IMG/VR virus record: IMGVR_UViG_3300021400_000932
Strand: one strand, 5' to 3'
Source: a virus
Lineage: Duplodnaviria > Heunggongvirae > Uroviricota > Caudoviricetes
DNA: 64,000 nt
Shown here: positions 61,620 through 64,000 of the stretch, one piece after another
How positions within the stretch are numbered: the stretch's first letter is position 1
Layout of the letters: each line of letters opens with the position of its first letter
The notes under the pieces: model-generated
Databases searched by the model: none
What the model was told of the DNA's origin: nothing
What the model saw: the letters and a program-made list of their open reading frames with translations, nothing else
Position numbers and translations under genes: made by a program

Positions 61620-61804
61620 CTTATTACTCCATTTCCTAATTTATGGCAGAATGGTCACCACTAAAGAATTTTTCAATGCTGTCGCTACTCTTGCCAGAAA
61701 CTTTTATACCAAATCTTTTGATTCGTTGTTCAAATGTTTCGAAATCACTGAACAGAATTTCCGAATTGTCATCTTCACACTTCATAGAACGATTCTTACT
61801 TTCA

Positions 61805-62146
61805 TTATTCATCTGAATAGTCCCTTTCCCAACCCTCGAATAGACCCATCCTATCCATCACGGCTCGGTCAATGCGTTCCCATAGATAATCAGTATCTTC
61901 ATTCTCATCGAAGAAAATCTGATAATCCGCAATAACATCGAGACACCTTTTCTTGCCGAACCCGTACTTATCATTCAAAACATAGCACAGAACCTTTAGA
62001 AATCTTCGCAAGGTATAAGCTCTTTCCTCTTTTCTGATTTCTTCTGTCCGTTCATCGAGTTCTCTCTGGGCTTCTGCCATCCGGAGAGCAACTTCTTGTT
62101 CGATGCGTTTACGGGTTTCGGCTGATAGCGGAACTCTAGCTTTCAT
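61805..62146 (-). CDS. hypothetical protein
   Basis: 113-aa ORF. Confidence 0.4.
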   Translation of the reverse strand: MKARVPLSAETRKRIEQEVALRMAEAQRELDERTEEIRKEERAYTLRRFLKVLCYVLNDKYGFGKKRCLDVIADYQIFFDENEDTDYLWERIDRAVMDRMGLFEGWERDYSDE

Positions 62147-62176
62147 AAATTTCTCCCTTAGTCAATTTAATATAAA

Positions 62177-62395
62177 TTATCTTGCATACATCTTTACTAC
62201 ACCCTGGAATTTTACCAGTTCAGTAAAGATGTAATATTCATCACCATTCATATCTCTGTGAATATCCCTTGTTTGAAAATGCGGATTACCCATAGTATCG
62301 TTGAATACAAATTTAACTTTGTCTTTATCAACCTCAACTACTCGCATAATCCCATACTGTTGACCTTTTCTGAATTTCTTAGCCACCACATACAC
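62177..62395 (-). CDS. hypothetical protein
   Basis: 72-aa ORF. Confidence 0.35.
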   Translation of the reverse strand: MYVVAKKFRKGQQYGIMRVVEVDKDKVKFVFNDTMGNPHFQTRDIHRDMNGDEYYIFTELVKFQGVVKMYAR

Positions 62396-62396
62396 C

Positions 62397-62684
62397 TCAT
62401 AAGGACAATTTGAATTTACCCGAACCGACTTTCAGCAGATAGTCAAAATACTCTTTTTGTCTGAGAGCTTCTTGCATTGTCGGATATTCCAACCCGAACC
62501 GTTCTCGACTTTCAAAAGTAAACACAAGAAGAAATCCATTACCATTGGTATTTAAGCCATTTGGGGTGATAGACATTCCTGGTGCAAATTCTACCGAAAT
62601 GACTATCCCATCCGGTTTCACAGAGCCCAAGGCTCGAATGGTTTTCAATATGTTATTATCTACCGAATATACTTTATCTGCCAT
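62397..62684 (-). CDS. hypothetical protein
   Basis: 95-aa ORF. Confidence 0.4.
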   Translation of the reverse strand: MADKVYSVDNNILKTIRALGSVKPDGIVISVEFAPGMSITPNGLNTNGNGFLLVFTFESRERFGLEYPTMQEALRQKEYFDYLLKVGSGKFKLSL

Positions 62685-63138
62685 CTTTACCTCCGGATTC
62701 TACAGCCGATATAGCCATCAGGCTGTGATACATCACAAATTTTTCAATATCATGTTGTGCATCTTTTAATGATACATTGGAAAAACAATATCTATTGTTA
62801 CCAAATTTAATAAAGTGACCATAAAGTGCAGAAGACAGACTGTCATTATTCGCTATGTGTGCTACCCTATCGGATGACCTTTTAGAGAATACGACTTGAA
62901 ATCCTCTATCGCAATATTCGGCAGGTGTGAAATTTGAAATCTTTATACCATAGAGGTCGGCAACCATAAGCCACTTCGTAGACAGAAAAAGGTAATTAGT
63001 CAGTTGTTCCTCTTGTTGTTTCCTTTTTAATTCAGCTTTCTCCTTTTTACGAATCTGCAAACTGCTGATTACCCCATAACAAATACACACGAGTGCAACA
63101 ACCGCACCACCAATACATAAAGCAAGTGATAATGGCAT
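62674..63138 (-). CDS. membrane protein
   Basis: N-terminal transmembrane helix LALCIGGAVVALVCICYGVISSL. Confidence 0.4.
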   Translation of the reverse strand: MPLSLALCIGGAVVALVCICYGVISSLQIRKKEKAELKRKQQEEQLTNYLFLSTKWLMVADLYGIKISNFTPAEYCDRGFQVVFSKRSSDRVAHIANNDSLSSALYGHFIKFGNNRYCFSNVSLKDAQHDIEKFVMYHSLMAISAVESGGKDGR

Positions 63139-63156
63139 ACATACTTCCCCCTTTGG

Positions 63157-64000
63157 TCAGAACTCTACATCTTGGTCTTCAAGTTCAAGAGATGCCAAGT
63201 CATCCGCAGGACCTTGAACATCCGTAAGAATATTATCTTGTACAGGCGAAATGGTTGAATTGTTTATCTGAACATCGCCAGGGATATACTGAACATTACC
63301 GGTATTAACATCCCAGCTATAGCTTAGAACAGGTTTTTCATTCTTCGCATTTCTCGACTTTTCAAGTCGTATGTCAAGAACATGTTGGTCGAATATCTGT
63401 CTTACAGTAAATACCTGAGTCGCAACACGAGCCGGTACATCACTACCCTCGATAGAATACAGGTTAGGAAATGGTACACCCTTTTCGTCTACCATATCTT
63501 TCGTATCTCTGTTAGCCTGCATTGTTACTACTACTGCGCATCTATATGTCTTAGACAGCACAAACAGTTCTTCGCTTATATGCTTATACTTCTCATAATC
63601 TCTTGTAGATTTCTGAGAATCAGTCATATAGGACAATCCGTCAATTATCAATAGCTTTATGCCATGCCGCTTTACGAACATAGATAGCTTCTGAACGGTT
63701 ACGCCACCTGGCATATCTTTATCCTCTATGATGAATGCATCCGCCGTTTCATTTTCAAGATTTTTCAGATAATGGCTGTAATCATCTGTATACTTGCCTT
63801 GATACAAGTCGCTGTTCTTAAAATGAGCTCGCCATGAGTCGAATCGAGTTCCGATATACTCAGCCCTCATTTCGGGAGAGTAGTAAGCTACATTATATCC
63901 AGCTTTCTGTGCTGATTCCATCATTTTTGTCATCAGCCAAGATTTACCAGTGTTGGTACGAGCTACCACAAGTATGAAATCTTCGATTGTACTGAAACCA
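63157..64000 (-). CDS. dnaB: DnaB-family replicative helicase, C-terminal RecA-like domain (5'-truncated by window edge)
   Basis: Walker A ARTNTGKSWLMTKM; LLIIDGLSYM (Walker B); the ORF continues past position 64000. Confidence 0.65.
   Translation of the reverse strand, partial: GFSTIEDFILVVARTNTGKSWLMTKMMESAQKAGYNVAYYSPEMRAEYIGTRFDSWRAHFKNSDLYQGKYTDDYSHYLKNLENETADAFIIEDKDMPGGVTVQKLSMFVKRHGIKLLIIDGLSYMTDSQKSTRDYEKYKHISEELFVLSKTYRCAVVVTMQANRDTKDMVDEKGVPFPNLYSIEGSDVPARVATQVFTVRQIFDQHVLDIRLEKSRNAKNEKPVLSYSWDVNTGNVQYIPGDVQINNSTISPVQDNILTDVQGPADDLASLELEDQDVEF

Noticed and set aside
1-64000. Possible alternative genetic code (stop-codon reassignment) as in some large gut phages
   Set aside because: Long conserved genes (polA 965 aa, sheath 959 aa, terminase 773 aa) are uninterrupted in the standard code and none of the tRNAs has a suppressor anticodon; no evidence for recoding.

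Overview
This window looks like a segment of a large tailed phage, probably a myovirus of a spore-forming Firmicute. It is AT-rich, and almost every gene runs on the minus strand in tightly packed, often overlapping arrays. From low to high coordinates the window contains:

- **tRNA island (175-4400).** Seven canonical tRNAs (Asn, Asp, Leu-CAA, Gly, Leu-TAG, Lys, Leu-TAA), one tRNA-like gene with a defective anticodon arm, and two GC-richer non-coding stretches that may encode structured RNAs. Embedded among them are a small P-loop ATPase, an acyl-carrier-protein homolog and several zinc-ribbon genes.
- **Early-type region (4.4-21 kb).** About 60 small genes, many encoding CxxC zinc ribbons in recurring paralog families, two YopX-like proteins, an ASCH protein, a predicted lipoprotein, and adjacent SpoVT-like and AbrB-like regulators.
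- **Plus-strand homing-endonuclease-like gene (6841/7025-8530).** It carries tandem KYGV repeats, has its own σA-like promoter and terminator, and shows a possible +1 disruption right after the start codon. A paralog (32149-32604) sits directly downstream of the tail sheath gene.
- **IS200/IS605 element (about 21.1-22.8 kb).** An IS605-like insertion with tnpA and tnpB.
- **Membrane-associated genes.** Two unannotated small membrane peptides and a flotillin (SPFH) homolog.
- **Shared N-terminus family.** Three consecutive proteins begin with the same short N-terminal motif.
- **Virion module.** A 959-aa tail sheath, neck-like genes, a putative portal, a protein with a LigA-like Zn-finger/HhH/BRCT C-terminal module, and a large terminase interrupted by a 137-aa mini-intein.
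- **Replication module.** Clamp loader subunits, an Hjc-like resolvase, a RecA/UvsX recombinase, a Cas4-like nuclease, a sliding clamp, a family-A DNA polymerase with an ~85-aa insertion, a gp32-like zinc SSB, a DnaG primase and a DnaB helicase truncated at the window edge.
- **Promoter-like motifs.** Two recurrent motif classes precede genes: AATCGTT(T)AT and CCTTATATA(A/T)T.

All long ORFs are intact in the standard code.
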